This document shows, one piece after another, positions 44,092 to 57,029 of a stretch of 64,000 nucleotides of DNA. Under the pieces are notes generated by a model. The model saw only the letters and a program-made list of their open reading frames with translations, did no database searches and was not told the origin of the DNA. This stretch comes from Mayamaea pseudoterrestris (taxonomy: Eukaryota). A program made the translations under genes and the position numbers. Position 1 is the first letter of the stretch. Each line of letters begins with the position of its first letter. The stretch is taken from contig BROI01000001.1 of assembly GCA_027923505.1 (NCBI GenBank), positions 1,860,001 to 1,924,000 on the forward strand, in the 5' to 3' direction.

Positions 44092-45044
44092 TTACACGTC
44101 AAACAATGCGGAACCATTTTCAAGCTGGTACTGGCAAATCACACAAACAGCTTCAAAGGCAACCTTGTGCTTGTCAATGCCATGGCGGAAGACTTGTTTG
44201 ATGCAGTGGAAGGCTTTAATTCGAGCATTAAACGTCTCGTGGCGAGCGCGAGCGCGGCTTTTAAACTTGCGAACGGGAGCTGGATCACTGGAATTTGGCG
44301 TGCTAATTATGTTCTTCTCTCCACGATAACCATTATCACCGATAACTCTCTTGCCTTGCGGAATCATATCTTTGAGTCCCTGCTCGCGAAAGATTTTAAT
44401 GTCGGGTTGGCCGGCTGGAAACGGTCCGTTCATCCATACAAGCTGGTTGGTGAATACCGAAATGCCAAGCTCGTAATCTAGTGCTGGGCCATTGCTTTTA
44501 TGCGAATAAAAGGCAGGATTCTTGGAGCGAGTGGCATGCTTTGGCTCGTTGATTGAGCAATGGATACCATCCACCGTCATGATGAAGATGGGAGACGCAT
44601 CGTTCGTCATTTCTGGCCAAAGAATCTAAACAAAGGATGAGTAGCGGCACAAAACGTGGACAAACACGATACCGAATGGTTTACCTTTGATTCTTTGAGC
44701 GCTTGGATCCGCTTGGCAAAATAAAAGCACCATTTGCGTGCCGTCTTCTCGCTCATTTGGAACGTGACGGCGAGCTGCTCTTCCGTAGGATAGCGCTTGA
44801 GCCAGTAAATCGTCATCAGAAAATAATCAATAAAGGCTTTTGTAGGATCAATGCGTGCTTCTTGAATGTTTGTTGTTTGTAAGTCTCTCCAGACTTTGGC
44901 GAGTACCTTTGGTTTCGAGCCGAAGTGCGCTTTGAAGCGACTAATTTTTGTCTTCTTGGTCAAGCGTTCCTGCTGCGCTACACTCACATTAAACACTGCA
45001 AGCCCTTTTGCAAGTAGCTCGTTGCGGCCAAGATGTGCAGCCAT
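44092..45044 (-). CDS. Harbinger-type transposase (HTH + DDE_Tnp_4-like), intron 44626-44684
   Basis: YWLKRYPTEEQLA..SEKTARKW; VDGIHC, YSHK, GPFPAG.PD, IGDNGYRG, RARHETFNARIK. Splicing gives K|ILWPEM in frame. Confidence 0.9.
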
Positions 45045-45709
45045 GGTTTGCAACGAGTGGTATTGGCTCTGGCTAGCCTGCTGCTTGTCGAAAGTCCCAT
45101 GGTCAACGTCGTCGAACACTCAAGTTCTGCTACAGTCATACAGTCATACCATTATATCAACTGACACAAAACAGCTGTATTCACGACCAATCATAACCCA
45201 TATTTTTGACAAAGAAGCATTCGCTAATGTCAAAAGTTCTCTTTCAGCATTTTACTTAGTAAGAAAAATTCTGATTGACATTTACTTAGTCAGAAGAATT
45301 CTGTCAGAAAACAGCTTAGTCAGAAATTTTCTTTCTATCCAATCAGCGATCAATTTGCGCGCAAGCATAGCCAAGCTCGGCGCGCGCGCACATAATCGTT
45401 TGAAATCCTTATCCACGACTGAAAACGGTCACGGTGCGACATTTTTGGCGAAGAAGACGTTTTACCGGACGCTCCTGTACTGACGACGACACAGTGACCA
45501 GTGAAGGACGTGTCACTCTTTTGCGCACGATTGATCTGACATCAAGCATGCTGGAAACCCGCTCGGACACGGTAATTGTCGTTGCTCTGGTCCGGCGCGC
45601 GCGCCGATCGCCGCGCCAATGCCGCTCAAGCGGAGCCGCTGCTGCTTCCAAGATCATAATTTTCTTGTTGTTGCTGCTGCAGCTTGTTAAAACGTTCAGC
45701 AGCAACACC

Positions 45710-47398
45710 ATGACTGCATCAGCAGCTGGTAGTAAAAATGTCGTTCGTCCGCCGTATAGTCGTGCGGAAGAAGCAAACAGCAAAGTCAAGGTGGAGCTGC
45801 GAGAAACGGATGTCTTGTTGGTGAGTTGCGGCTGCCATCGCGACGAACATGTCACGCTTGACTGTTTCATTTTGCTTGTTTGATTACGACATACCAATGC
45901 TAACTTTGTGTGTCGTTGATATTTGTCAATTTCCAGGGTCGAGGAAGTGTCATGGCCAAATTTCCTGGCAATGGTACGTTGATTTGATTCATGACGGATG
46001 AGAAAGTGAATACCATCGTCAAACGCAATTTGTTCCTCAAACATTGTCATTTGCATTAACCCTTTTTTTACAGTCACATTCCGCTGTCTTCTATGGGGCT
46101 TTCGCAAAGAGTACCAGAATGCCGCCATGAAGGACAAGTCAATCATTGTCGACAAGGTGATTCGACTCGTTGGCAGGCAAACTCCTCCAGGACGCTTTCT
46201 AGAATGCTCCAACGCGAAAGGCAGCGACGTGAATGAACCCCATATCATGAATAGCAAAGCTTCGAACTGGAGCTACCACATTGCTCATCCGCGCCGCGTC
46301 TACGACAAGGTGAGCGCGACGCTGCGCGCCAAGCTCATGGATCCCTTTCGCGACTTGGATGAAACGGAAAAGATAAAAATTCACCGCTTTGTAGATAGCT
46401 TTAACAGATCTTTTGCCAAGAGTTTGGGCAACAAGAAATGTATTTCCGAAACGAATAAAAAGAGTCGCCCATCTAAAAAATCCAAGGGTATCTCGGTCCT
46501 TGGTTTGACTTTCCGACCGAGACGCAAGGAATCCATTGATGATACGGCATCCGAGTCATCCTCGTCGTGTGGCGACGAAAGGGTTGCGGCAGCGCCTGGA
46601 TTGACATTTAACAAGAGAGTATCTGGATCGAAGAAGGAGTCTAGTTTGAATATTGTTGCGCCCGCGCCTCCAGCGGAACTGGTGTTGCAGGCGGTGGATG
46701 TAGTTTGTCACGGAGACGCCATTGATGACTATGTCAGCGTCTGCGACACGTTTCCAGGCAATGTAGCTTTTACCAACTTTGTCGCAGGCTACGCAAAGGA
46801 GTACTGGGAAATGACCAATGTCGTCAAGTCCAGTCGCGAACAAAAGATGCTCTTCTTTGACCGCATTACCAAGGACTATGCCGCCAAGGAACCAACGTCG
46901 CGCTTTGTCGTTTTGGTTCGCAATACCAAGTTGGAGGAGCGACGCTGCAACTATGCGAGTCTTGACTTTATTCACACCAAGATTTACAGCAAGCTCTGCC
47001 TTGCGCGTGCGACGCAAGCCATTTGCGCCAAGGGCGCTCGAAGCGATGTCCGTCAGCCACGACTGACACTAGCGGAGCGTACCAACAACAATGGCGAGGT
47101 ACCGCAGCTTGTGTGCAACAAGCGACAGCTGGAATCAAAGAATAATCAAATGGAGGATGCCTCTGCTTCATTGGGCGCGCAGCCGGCGTTCAAGAGGCCG
47201 AGGCTTGGTGTATCGCATGCAGCAAACGTTAAACAATCTGCTGCTACAACTACGAGTGAGGAGACGCAACCGGCTCGCATCAATCTCCTTGCGATTGATG
47301 ATGGTTTTCTTCCAGAGGCGACAACCTTTTTTGAATGGCAAGCATTCATGGCCAATGCGCAAGAATATCTTGCTGCTGCTTGCGCCAAACAAAATTGA
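45710..47398 (+). CDS. DUF6824-like diatom protein (exons 45710-45820, 45937-45973, 46074-47398)
   Basis: DVLL|GRG....FPGN|VTFR...EY...PPGRFLE, plus a second DVVC..FPGNVAF copy. Confidence 0.8.
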
Positions 47399-47565
47399 GT
47401 TAAAAATACAAAACAATTACCAGAAATCAAGCCGAAACCTTAATTTGGCATTTATATATTAAAACAAAATTTAACGTCATCGTTCAACTAATAACGACGT
47501 GTCGCATTTAACAATAGAAAAAGCCTGCTTGACCAACTTCCAGCCACAACTCAGAATTACGTCAC

Positions 47566-50469
47566 TTACGAGGCACCAAGCTGCGGGATCCATAAATAAG
47601 TGTCTACCGTGTCACCTCCTTTTGGCTTAATTCGCGCCAAGTCAATGTTGGAAACCAATAGGTCGCCTGCCATTGTCAGAGCAATGCCCACACCCAGCGT
47701 CTTCGACGAACGATGAGGTGTCTGGCTCGTTGCCGCCGACATGTCCTTTCGAACTAGAACCTGGCTACACATGTAGCGAAAAGCAATATCTGTTGCCGTA
47801 GAGAACTTCCCATTGCCGGACAAAATAATCAAGACTTGCTGACAATGAGGAGCAATGTCATATGTTTCTGACTCCATGCCAAACACCACATGAATGCCCG
47901 ATGTAACTTCATACGTTAGTTTTATCGAAAGATAAGAGTCAACAGAGCCATTGATAGCGACGAAATAAAGACAGCCTTCACCGTGGATGCAGCACAAAAG
48001 TGCGCCTCCAGCAACAGGGTACAGTAGTTTGTGATTGCGGCGTAGAAGATCCTTGTGTAAAGCGATCAGCACGGCCTCAAGGGAGAGTTGCTGGCAGGTG
48101 GAAGCAACGATTTCAACTGCAGACGCGCTGTAAGCTGACAATCGAAAAGTAAAAGCGTCAAACTTTGCGCCAATGCAGGAGAAGGGCACACAGATGTATT
48201 CATATATGGCTGGATCAAGAAATACTTCGGCACAAATCGTCCGCTTGACTCCAGCTAGAATCACAGTTTCGCAAGCCCAATCAATTTCCTCATGTTTGCG
48301 CTTCAAAATCATAAATGAGCAATCACAGTAGTAGTACTTCCAGCTAGTATTCGCCCGCTTCTTGGGCTGGACGAGGGAGATGAAAGCCCACGTGCGATCG
48401 GCTGCTGTGAGTTTGTATATTGTCTGCGAGGAATTGATCGGATCGTTTGATTGCTGAAATAATCCATCGGCCGAAGAGAACACCCATCCTTGACAAGTTT
48501 TTGCTACATCCATATGATGGAATCGTTGTATCATGTCCCCAAAGGCCATGAAGAACGTTCCGTCACCTTTGGCGTAAGTTGTGCTGCCGAGTCGAGTTCG
48601 CAGTGCCTTGGTCCATCTTTCGCTGTCGGCGCTCCATTCACCCTTCCATTCGCGCTTGCCCCAAGGGTTTCGGATGCGCACCAGTCGAATTGTCTGTCGA
48701 CGCTGTGATGATCCGGACTCAACGATCTGTACTTGGTCGCTGGCAGCAGAGCTCGAGCCAAAAAAGTTTGTCATCTTTGCCTGTTCGCCAACCATTAAAT
48801 CTGCAATCTCAATGACATCCAAAATACTATACGCATGTCCACCGACCAGCCCATCGCCTCCTCGCGACGTTGCCACGCCCATGATGAACCCTGCTTGTGC
48901 AAACGATAACAGTCGGGCCCACAATTCATCGTTATTAATCAGTGCACCTTCGTCCAGCAAGATAGTTTCCGTCGGTGCCCCCGTCAAGTCCGTCAAGCCT
49001 TCCTCGATGAATCCACCTGACAAATTTGCATAAGAGCCATGTGCCTTGGCGTATGCCTTTTCAATCAGCGCCGGCCACAGCTGCTTGTCCGGCGTTGCAC
49101 AGAACGCTGTCCGATAATTAATCAGAGAGGAACTACTAGTGCCGCCACCACCACTGGTGCTCGATGCAGCCAGAGTCTGTTGACGAAGTTGCTGTACAGG
49201 CGAACCTTTTTGCTTCTTGGGTGATTGTTGACTCGCTGACTGCTTGCCGCCCCTTTTGCCATGTTGCAGCAAGTCCCTTTCCACAACTGGCAGATACGAG
49301 TCAACAATGACAGGCGTCCACTTTCCATCCAAACACAGATTAACCTGATACACGCCCTTGTCATTCAACTCCACATGCGGTAACACTCGATCAATCAAGT
49401 ACGGTTGCTCGGCAACTACCGCCAGTGCCGACAGAAACCAGCAATTGCCAATGGCACCTTGCTGAATGCTGTGACTCTTGCTGGTATGGTGTTGACACAA
49501 GACGTGCTTCGTTTCCAGTCCAAAGTGCTTCCACTGCACCTTTTGAAAGCGTCCCATGGCGTAGGCGTCATGTAGCGCTGCACCGTGCGTGCCGTGGCGG
49601 TCCCACTGGAAAAAGTCGCAGCCGAAACGTTGCGGCGGAGTGGATGGAGTAGTAATTGTAGTAGTACTTGCATTATCTGCTGTAGTTATCTTGTGTTTGG
49701 CATATGGATTCTGAATTACACTACTAGTGTTCGTTGAACTCGTCTTGCTGCTTTTTGCCGCCTCGTCGCTTTGTTTCACTGGAGGCGACCGCTCGCGCAA
49801 CACTGGCGCCCGCCTTTTAAAGGTTCCCTTGTTGCCGCACGCCAAGTAGAAGCGTCCATAGTCGGGACCTTCGGACTGCACCGACATTGGCTTGGCCAAG
49901 ACGTTGCAGTAACACTTGACGGTGAGTGTTGCTGCTGCGGCTGTAATATTGTCGGGCTGTCGCATGCGGCCATCAATGGATGACGATTCGGGTCGAAAGG
50001 TTGTATCAATATAGTATGAACCAGACTCACACGCTTGCTTGTAGGCTTCCTGCCATTGTCTAGACAATTCTGATTGTATCAATCGCGCCTTTTTTGCGCT
50101 TACGTCGTCTGCATTTAAATCACAGTCAGGTTTCCATTGTGAATGCTGATGCCGTCGTCTTGCACTTGACTTAAACAAGGATCGCTTTACTGAATCTCTA
50201 TTGCATTCCTTCCTTTCCATGAGCAAGTGAGACACTGCCTTCTGCAAGTCATGGTCGAATCGCTGCAACGTTTCTTTCGCAAACGCTCGATCGGTGAGTT
50301 GCATCACGTCCATGAGCGAGTCAATCATGGCTGATGCTGCTTTGTTGACAGACGGTGGCGCAGCTAGTGGCTGGCGTGGCGACTCTGCATCGCCATCACT
50401 ACTGCTGTCATCTAGTAGTACGATGCAATTGTTTTGATCGCGGCCGCCGTTAATGTTGTTACTAGACAT
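47566..50469 (-). CDS. Calpain-family cysteine protease with UBA-like and zf-GRF-like N-terminal domains
   Basis: Catalytic triad motifs QGAIGNCWFLSAL, GHAYS, RIRNPWG; CYC..GRFYLAC..CDFFQWD. Confidence 0.9.
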   Translation of the reverse strand: MSSNNINGGRDQNNCIVLLDDSSSDGDAESPRQPLAAPPSVNKAASAMIDSLMDVMQLTDRAFAKETLQRFDHDLQKAVSHLLMERKECNRDSVKRSLFKSSARRRHQHSQWKPDCDLNADDVSAKKARLIQSELSRQWQEAYKQACESGSYYIDTTFRPESSSIDGRMRQPDNITAAAATLTVKCYCNVLAKPMSVQSEGPDYGRFYLACGNKGTFKRRAPVLRERSPPVKQSDEAAKSSKTSSTNTSSVIQNPYAKHKITTADNASTTTITTPSTPPQRFGCDFFQWDRHGTHGAALHDAYAMGRFQKVQWKHFGLETKHVLCQHHTSKSHSIQQGAIGNCWFLSALAVVAEQPYLIDRVLPHVELNDKGVYQVNLCLDGKWTPVIVDSYLPVVERDLLQHGKRGGKQSASQQSPKKQKGSPVQQLRQQTLAASSTSGGGGTSSSSLINYRTAFCATPDKQLWPALIEKAYAKAHGSYANLSGGFIEEGLTDLTGAPTETILLDEGALINNDELWARLLSFAQAGFIMGVATSRGGDGLVGGHAYSILDVIEIADLMVGEQAKMTNFFGSSSAASDQVQIVESGSSQRRQTIRLVRIRNPWGKREWKGEWSADSERWTKALRTRLGSTTYAKGDGTFFMAFGDMIQRFHHMDVAKTCQGWVFSSADGLFQQSNDPINSSQTIYKLTAADRTWAFISLVQPKKRANTSWKYYYCDCSFMILKRKHEEIDWACETVILAGVKRTICAEVFLDPAIYEYICVPFSCIGAKFDAFTFRLSAYSASAVEIVASTCQQLSLEAVLIALHKDLLRRNHKLLYPVAGGALLCCIHGEGCLYFVAINGSVDSYLSIKLTYEVTSGIHVVFGMESETYDIAPHCQQVLIILSGNGKFSTATDIAFRYMCSQVLVRKDMSAATSQTPHRSSKTLGVGIALTMAGDLLVSNIDLARIKPKGGDTVDTYLWIPQLGAS

Positions 50470-50720
50470 GATGATGCTATACACTGCGAATGGTGTATTC
50501 GTGTTTTGTGGGTGGGTTTTGTGATTTCCGCTTGCATCGCCGAGCATGTCGCAGAAAGACTCGCATTGGTACTCAGCTCGTCACAATGTCGCACCGCGTG
50601 ACGCGAAACCTTCGCGTTGCATGTTCCATGTGACGCCGATCCATGAATGACCCACGAAATCCTTCCAGAGAAAACCATCATCCATCATCCATCATACAAA
50701 ATAGCAAGATTTGTACCATT

Positions 50721-51317
50721 ATGCGTTCCAAATTCTCCACCCTCTCCTTACTCTCGCTGGCACTAACTCTATTCTACAGCTCTCGCTGCTGTCACGCCCG
50801 CCCCCTCCAGTACCAGTCGTTTGTCACCAAGCTTGGCGACGAAGACTTTGAGCATGCGACGCAAGCCTCGTCGGGTCAAACGACTGGATCGTGGCTCGTC
50901 TACTTTTACGGAACCGGCGAGCGCATTGTCATTCAAGGCAAGCAGCCGCCCAATGAATACTGGGATGAGAAACATGTCGTTGTTGGTATAGTCAATGCAC
51001 TCGTTCACCACGAAACAGTGGAGCGATTCAACATGCAATCCAAAGTTCCAGGACTGATTTACATTCATCGCGGCAAGTACTACGAGTTTGACGGCGACAA
51101 GACGTGGGAGCGAGTCGTGCAAATGATCGAGGATCCAAATGCCATGTTTCCGGCGCGCAACGTTCCGCCGCCGCCCAGCGAGTTGCAGAAAATGATCAAG
51201 AAGCTCAAGGGTCCGGCCGGTTTGCCGTTTTTGGTGATTGGCTTTTTCCTAGTCTTTGTGCGCGTTCTGTATTGGGTCTTTGTCGAGCCGCATCAGGTCA
51301 AGAGAAAGAAGAATTAA
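50721..51317 (+). CDS. Thioredoxin-fold membrane protein without CxxC
   Basis: Signal peptide, LGDEDFEHATQASSGQTTGSWLVYFY, C-terminal TM and KRKKN. Confidence 0.75.
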   Translation: MRSKFSTLSLLSLALTLFYSSRCCHARPLQYQSFVTKLGDEDFEHATQASSGQTTGSWLVYFYGTGERIVIQGKQPPNEYWDEKHVVVGIVNALVHHETVERFNMQSKVPGLIYIHRGKYYEFDGDKTWERVVQMIEDPNAMFPARNVPPPPSELQKMIKKLKGPAGLPFLVIGFFLVFVRVLYWVFVEPHQVKRKKN

Positions 51318-51572
51318 AGATTACAGTAGGAGAAGACGCTAAATATGTAATGATACAAGTTAGGGTATTCCTTTATCCACAGTATCCATAAGCGATGACC
51401 ATCCAAAAATATTATTATACTCACTGTCATTCCGTATAAAATCCAAAGGTATTTACAAATTAGTATGCGTACAAATTTGTGGCCCGACGAGCGTCGCCAA
51501 GGCCCAATAGATTGAGGCAGACTCGTCGCTGCGCATGGAACTAGTTCACACCGACGCATTTTCGCCTCATTG

Positions 51573-53575
51573 TCACCTCGGCGGCGGCGTTTGAAAGCCC
51601 GAAACCATCCATGGATGATGTCGCACTTGATCCAAGCTTAGTCGATCCTTTGAATCCAAAAACGGCATGCGCTGCAGCAAGTCCATGGCATCCGCACTCA
51701 GACCAAGGTACCACTCCGTCAGCATTTGCACCAAGTAGCCAGCCGTCATGTACTTGAAACGTTCGTCTGACATGCAGGCTCGTTCCCATGGTGGAAAGCC
51801 AGTCAGCATGAGAAAGAGAATCACGCCAGCCGCCCACATGTCAACGGCGTATCCGTCAAAGGGTTCACTGTTTTTGTAAATTTCAGGCGACATGTAAATC
51901 CACTTGCCGCAAGTGCCTTGGGGCTGAATGAGGTAGCGCGGCCGTTGTCGATGTGAACGAATAGTCAGTTTTGAAGAATCGGATGAACCAGAGTTGCCTG
52001 CCAAAACGTCATCTTGACTCGTCTCCATGCTCATGTTTTGCATTTCCGTTGTCAATTGTTTACTCGTATCGTCGTCGTAATGAGGAATGCGAAGGCACAT
52101 GCCAAGATCAATGATTAAAGCGCCCGACTCGTGGACTAGAAGGTTCTCCAAACTAATGTCGCGGTGACATATCTGCCGTGGACGATAAAATATGGTGGCG
52201 CAAAGAGTAAGGTGACAGTGGTCGACGAGTCAAGGCAATGCTCATACACAGTCAAACGCAAACACTATACGACATGCCGCAATAGATAACTTACACCAGC
52301 ATGTTGCAGAGTTTCGACGCCCTGCCAAAAATGTAGATTATTAGAGTCGTTAGCATTGTAGCAGAGTAACAACAGCAACAAAACATCATAATACAAACAG
52401 ACTTTGCACGTAATTGGACTCACATTTAGTATTTGCGCCATCCAGTAGCGAGCCTCCTCCTCGGAAAACTTTTCGTTCAAATCCAGCCGCTCAAACAATT
52501 CGCCGCCGTTGCAGTAGGGCATGACGCTGTACAAGTGTCGATCATCGGACAGCAAGTCGAGCGGCATCATAATGTTTGTCTGCAAAACAGCCTTAAACGA
52601 GTCGTAGACAGCTGTCGAAGCATTGCTGACATTGTTGTTGCTTTGGTGGTGGTTTTGACTGTGTATATCGCCATCGCCATATGGAGCAACACTGTTAATA
52701 TTGTTATTGTTGCTGCTGCTTCCTATACTCTTATTGCCACTACTACTCATTGTTTGACCATGTTCATCGCCATGATGTTCATTCACAATCATCATATCCA
52801 TCAAGTACTGCATGGCTGCCACTTCCGTAATGGGGTCTTCGGCCAGTCGATCCCTTTCACGCCGAATGTGCTGCCAGCTGAGTTCCTTGACAGCCACTTG
52901 CTGCGTCGTGACCATCCAGTCGGCCTGCAGTGTTGCGTGTGAATCGTCGCCCTGGGGTGTGTGCTGCTGCTTCATGGGTATTAGTACCAGTGCAAAGACG
53001 ACCCTTCCGTAAATGGCGTCGCGAATGGTACGCTGCAGCCAATAGGCTCGTTGTGGAGCTTGGTGCCCATGTATATCGTCTTCGGAATCATGATGGTTGT
53101 TGTCATCATCGTCATCCGTCATCATGCTACTTTCGCTCGTTTCTAAACTGCTGCTGCTACTGCTCATGGCGTCGTCATGACACACACGTTGGTCCTCTTG
53201 ATCGGAGAGACTCACCAAGTGTGTTTGCGATGACGAGGCAGCGACTGCTCCAATCGCATGATTGTTTCGTCGTCCGTTTCCGTTTTGCGCCGCAGTGTCA
53301 CTGCCATGAAAGGGACGACTACTTCCACCCGTCGCCACAAGCACGTTTTGCACCGTCGCCACTTGTTGTCGCGCCGGGTGATAGACGCGCGTCGTGATGC
53401 GAGCGCACGTGATTGGATGGGCGGGCGGAAATTCCAGGGGGGCTGCCGCCGCGACTGGCGTGTAACAGATTGGTGTGTTGCTGCTTTTGTTGCGATTGTC
53501 ACTGCTGCTCATCTCCGCTCCATCAGCGTTGCCTCCTCGCAAGCCAGGATAGTCTGAATTGTATTGAAATTGCAT
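51573..53575 (-). CDS. Ser/Thr protein kinase (exons 53575-52424, 52321-52295, 52172-51573)
   Basis: VAVKE, MPYCNGGELF, ICHRDISLENLL, DLGM, YMSPE, DMWAAG. Confidence 0.9.
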
Positions 53576-54437
53576 ATTCAAACGTTCAATTAATGTCTTG
53601 ATTGATATAATGTTCTCCTGCAATGGCAGCCGATGTGAGAGGCTTGACTGTGAGCACTGTAACACAACTCTTTGTCGACTGTATTGCTAGGCTGCTGCTC
53701 ACTCTCGCAGATGCCTCCCTTCGCTTGAAACGTCGCGCCAATTATAGCCTTCGAGTAGTATTCCAAGACTCCAATCACACAGTTATAAAATATCAATCGA
53801 GCCTAGCAGTAGATTGCCATGTAATCCAGCTGAATGATGTTGTAGCGTTGATGGATCGAACGAACGATCAGACGACGCCGCAAATCGACTCGTTGCCTTG
53901 GCTCCACTGCGAAGATTAACAAGAGTCCTTTTGCAAATTCTTTTCTCTTGACTGCAACTGAGCAGGAAAGAACAAGCAGCTAGCAAGCGTAGACTCCAAG
54001 TGTGTATTGCGCTTGGATGGATGCCGAAGATTGATACTGCTGCGAGCGAACGGATGGGTGCGTTTCGCGGGCGCGCGCGGTAGTACCGGTCCGATACAAA
54101 GTGATAGCCAGTGAGACACTAGTGGTGTGGTTGCCAGTGAGACAACATGCGTGACTCGCTGCCTTCGACCACGTTGCGGCTCGTTCCGCGACGACGACGA
54201 CGACGACGACGGAGCGATGCTGCTGCTTGTTCCACCATGGCGCAAAAACATTAAGTCACCTCTTGGTTGCACCCATTGTTAACATCAAAACGGTTTCAGT
54301 ACTTTAATCAGCAATCGGCATATCATTGACATTAAGCAAGCGGCTGGACTCCATCGCACGCACGCAGCTCTTGCTCATCAAACATTGAATAGTATATACT
54401 CATCGGACAATATAAAGAGCAAGCACGCGACAAAGTA

Positions 54438-56612
54438 ATGATGAAACCTATATTAACTGCAGCTGCTTCTACGACATGTCTGCTCGTCTTGATTGTGAAT
54501 TATCCATTCGCAGCATGTGCATTCACAGTGACTGTTCCTAGTACTTCAGCATCATCATCATTATCCAGTCGTCTCTACAGTTCCTCCAATCAGCAGCAGC
54601 CATCGTCGTCGTTGGATGAAGAAACTTTGCGCAACGAAATTGCCTTTCGCAACGAACAGGTTGACAATGAGGAGAAGTATGCCGTGGCGGACGGAGAAGG
54701 ATTGTACCAGGCAGTCTACGATGCGCAGCAGCAGGCTGCTGGAGTAGTCATGGAAGGAGGAAACAATGATGAAACAACAATAACTGCAGCGAATGACAGT
54801 CAAGACAAGCAAGCGGCAGCAAGCGCATTCAACCAGCCGACGGAAGATGCATCATCAACATTATCAATTCCATCTGCCGCCAGCGCATCGCTCCACGCAA
54901 AAATGAAGCGTCTCGTCAAGCCGCGCGCCTATCCACTCTTTCTGGCGGAAAAGGCAGCCGAGTTTGCCGAAGCAGTTTTGCACGATGTGCTGCATGGCAG
55001 TAAAAGTATGCAGCAGCAGCAGGCATTGAAGGAGCGCATTGTCATTCTTGGATCTGGATGGGGAGCCGCGTCCTTTCTCAAGGCGATTGACACAAGTTTG
55101 TATGATGTCACTGTCATTTCGCCTCGCGTAAGTAAACATGCATGAGACTTGACGACAATGACGACATGTTTTTACTGCAAAATGTATATAAATCAAGCGT
55201 TTGAATCAAGCACATGTTCATTGACACTCATTCGTTTGTTTCCCTTGCTGCTTGCATCACAGAACCACTTTGTCTTTACTCCAATGCTTGCCGGCGCCTC
55301 GGTCGGAACGGTGGAATACAGAAGCATTTGCGAGCCCATTCGCGAAATAAACCCGCAGGCATCCTACTTGGAGGCGACAGCTACTGGCATTAACGCAGAC
55401 GCACAAACCATTACCTGTCAAGCTGTGGTTTGTGAAGGCAACTCGTGCGACATTAACGAGTTTGACGTGCAGTATGATCGACTCGTCGTCACCATTGGCG
55501 CGCAAACCAACACCTTTGGCATTCCCGGAGTGCGTGAGCACTGCAACTTTCTCAAGTCCGTCGAGGACGCCCGGCGCATTCGCACGGCCATTGTCAATTG
55601 CTTTGAGCGAGCCAATCTGCCTGGCTTGACGGACGACCAGCGAGTGCGCGACTTGACGTTTTGCGTGATTGGTGCGGGACCGACAGGCATTGAGTTTGCC
55701 GCCGAGTTGCGCGACTTTATTGAACAGGATGGTCCAAAGTACTATCCCGAGCTATTGAAATATGTACGCATCAAGGTGATTGAAGCAACGGCAACCATAC
55801 TGGCTCCGTTTGAACAATCGCTCCAGCAGGAAGCCATTCGTCAGTTGCAGCGACCAGTCAACATTCGCGACCCCGAGATTCGCATGTTGCTGCCCGAGCA
55901 GTTTCAATTGACGGAACTCTTACTGGAAGCGTCTGTTAAGGAGGTTACTTCCAACATTATATATTTGAAGGACGGCACGAGCATTCCTTATGGCATTGCC
56001 GTTTGGGCGGCTGGCAATGGACCTGTGGCACTCACGCTCCAAGTCATTGACGCTCTAGGCGAGGACCAAGCGTTGGAGCAAGCGACGGCCCGCGGCCGCC
56101 TAGCTATTGACCCGTGGATGCGCGTTATTGGTGGCAACGGCAAAGTACTCGCGTTTGGGGACTGCAGCTGCAACACGGCATCGCAACTACCAGCAACCGC
56201 CCAAGTGGCCTCGCAGCAGGGTGAGTACTTGGCGCATGTATTGAACAAGAAGTACGACCTGAGTCCAGCGCTCGTGGATGGTCTCTTTCCTCCACCCGTC
56301 AAGGACGCGGCGCGCACGTCCATTACATTTTCCGATCGCATTGCCAATTTTGCCTTGAACAATAGTGGCGAGTTTGCCAAGCCGTTTCAGTTTCTCAACT
56401 TGGGTATCCTGGCATACACGGGAGGCGGAAGTGCATTGGCGCAAGTAACTCCTGCTCCAAACGCAGCTCCACTGACTGGTACGGGTGCCGTTGGTAACGC
56501 CGTGTGGAAGGGAGTCTATTTGAGCAAGCAAGTGAGCTGGCGCAACCGGTTGCTGGTGATGAACGACTGGACAAAGCGACAACTATTTGGTCGGGATATT
56601 ACGAGACTGTAG
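54438..56612 (+). CDS. Type II NAD(P)H dehydrogenase, probably plastid-targeted (intron 55128-55262)
   Basis: ILGSGWG, ISPR|NHFVFTPML, IGAGPTGIEFAAE, LPATAQVASQQG, FGRDITRL; ACA-F targeting motif. Confidence 0.92.
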
Positions 56613-56902
56613 TAGACCTGACATATAATGCTTACTGTAATTAGAACAATTTACTAGCATTTGAGCTTGTCATGCTTTCGAGCTAGTGCTATTGCTCGTT
56701 CATGATATCGTACCATGCAGTTAATTCTTGCGCCGGATGGCTAGCTCGCATGTCCGCGGCGTTCAGTCTTGCATGTGAAGCATGTCCGGATATATCCTAC
56801 CACAATTATAGAATCATTGATCCAAAATTCATTAAAATGTTGTCTGCAGATGCTAGTATTTCGCAATAGGCTCGCAGCATGGCTTGCAACCGACCTTGAA
56901 TG

Positions 56903-57029
56903 ATGGTGATTGGCTTGTTTCTAGTCTTTGTGCGCGTTCTACATGGGGTCCTTGTTGAGCCGCATCGTCAAGAGAAAAAATTAAGATTTAGAAGAAAAAG
57001 CTAAATATGTAATGATTCAAGTTAAGGTA
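56903..57029 (+). pseudogene. Degenerate copy of the 3' end and UTR of the gene at 50721-51317
   Basis: Aligns to about 51232-51367 (ggtgattggc..ctagtctttgtgcgcgttct..gagccgcatc..gctaaatatgtaatgat). Confidence 0.8.

Larger units (their letters stand above)
40376..45474. mobile_element. PIF/Harbinger (PHIS)-type DNA transposon, 5099 bp, CTG target duplication
   Basis: TIRs GAGCGTCCGGTAAAACGTCTT / AAGACGTTTTACCGGACGCTC; CTG at 40373-75 and 45475-77; encodes a DDE transposase. Confidence 0.92.
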
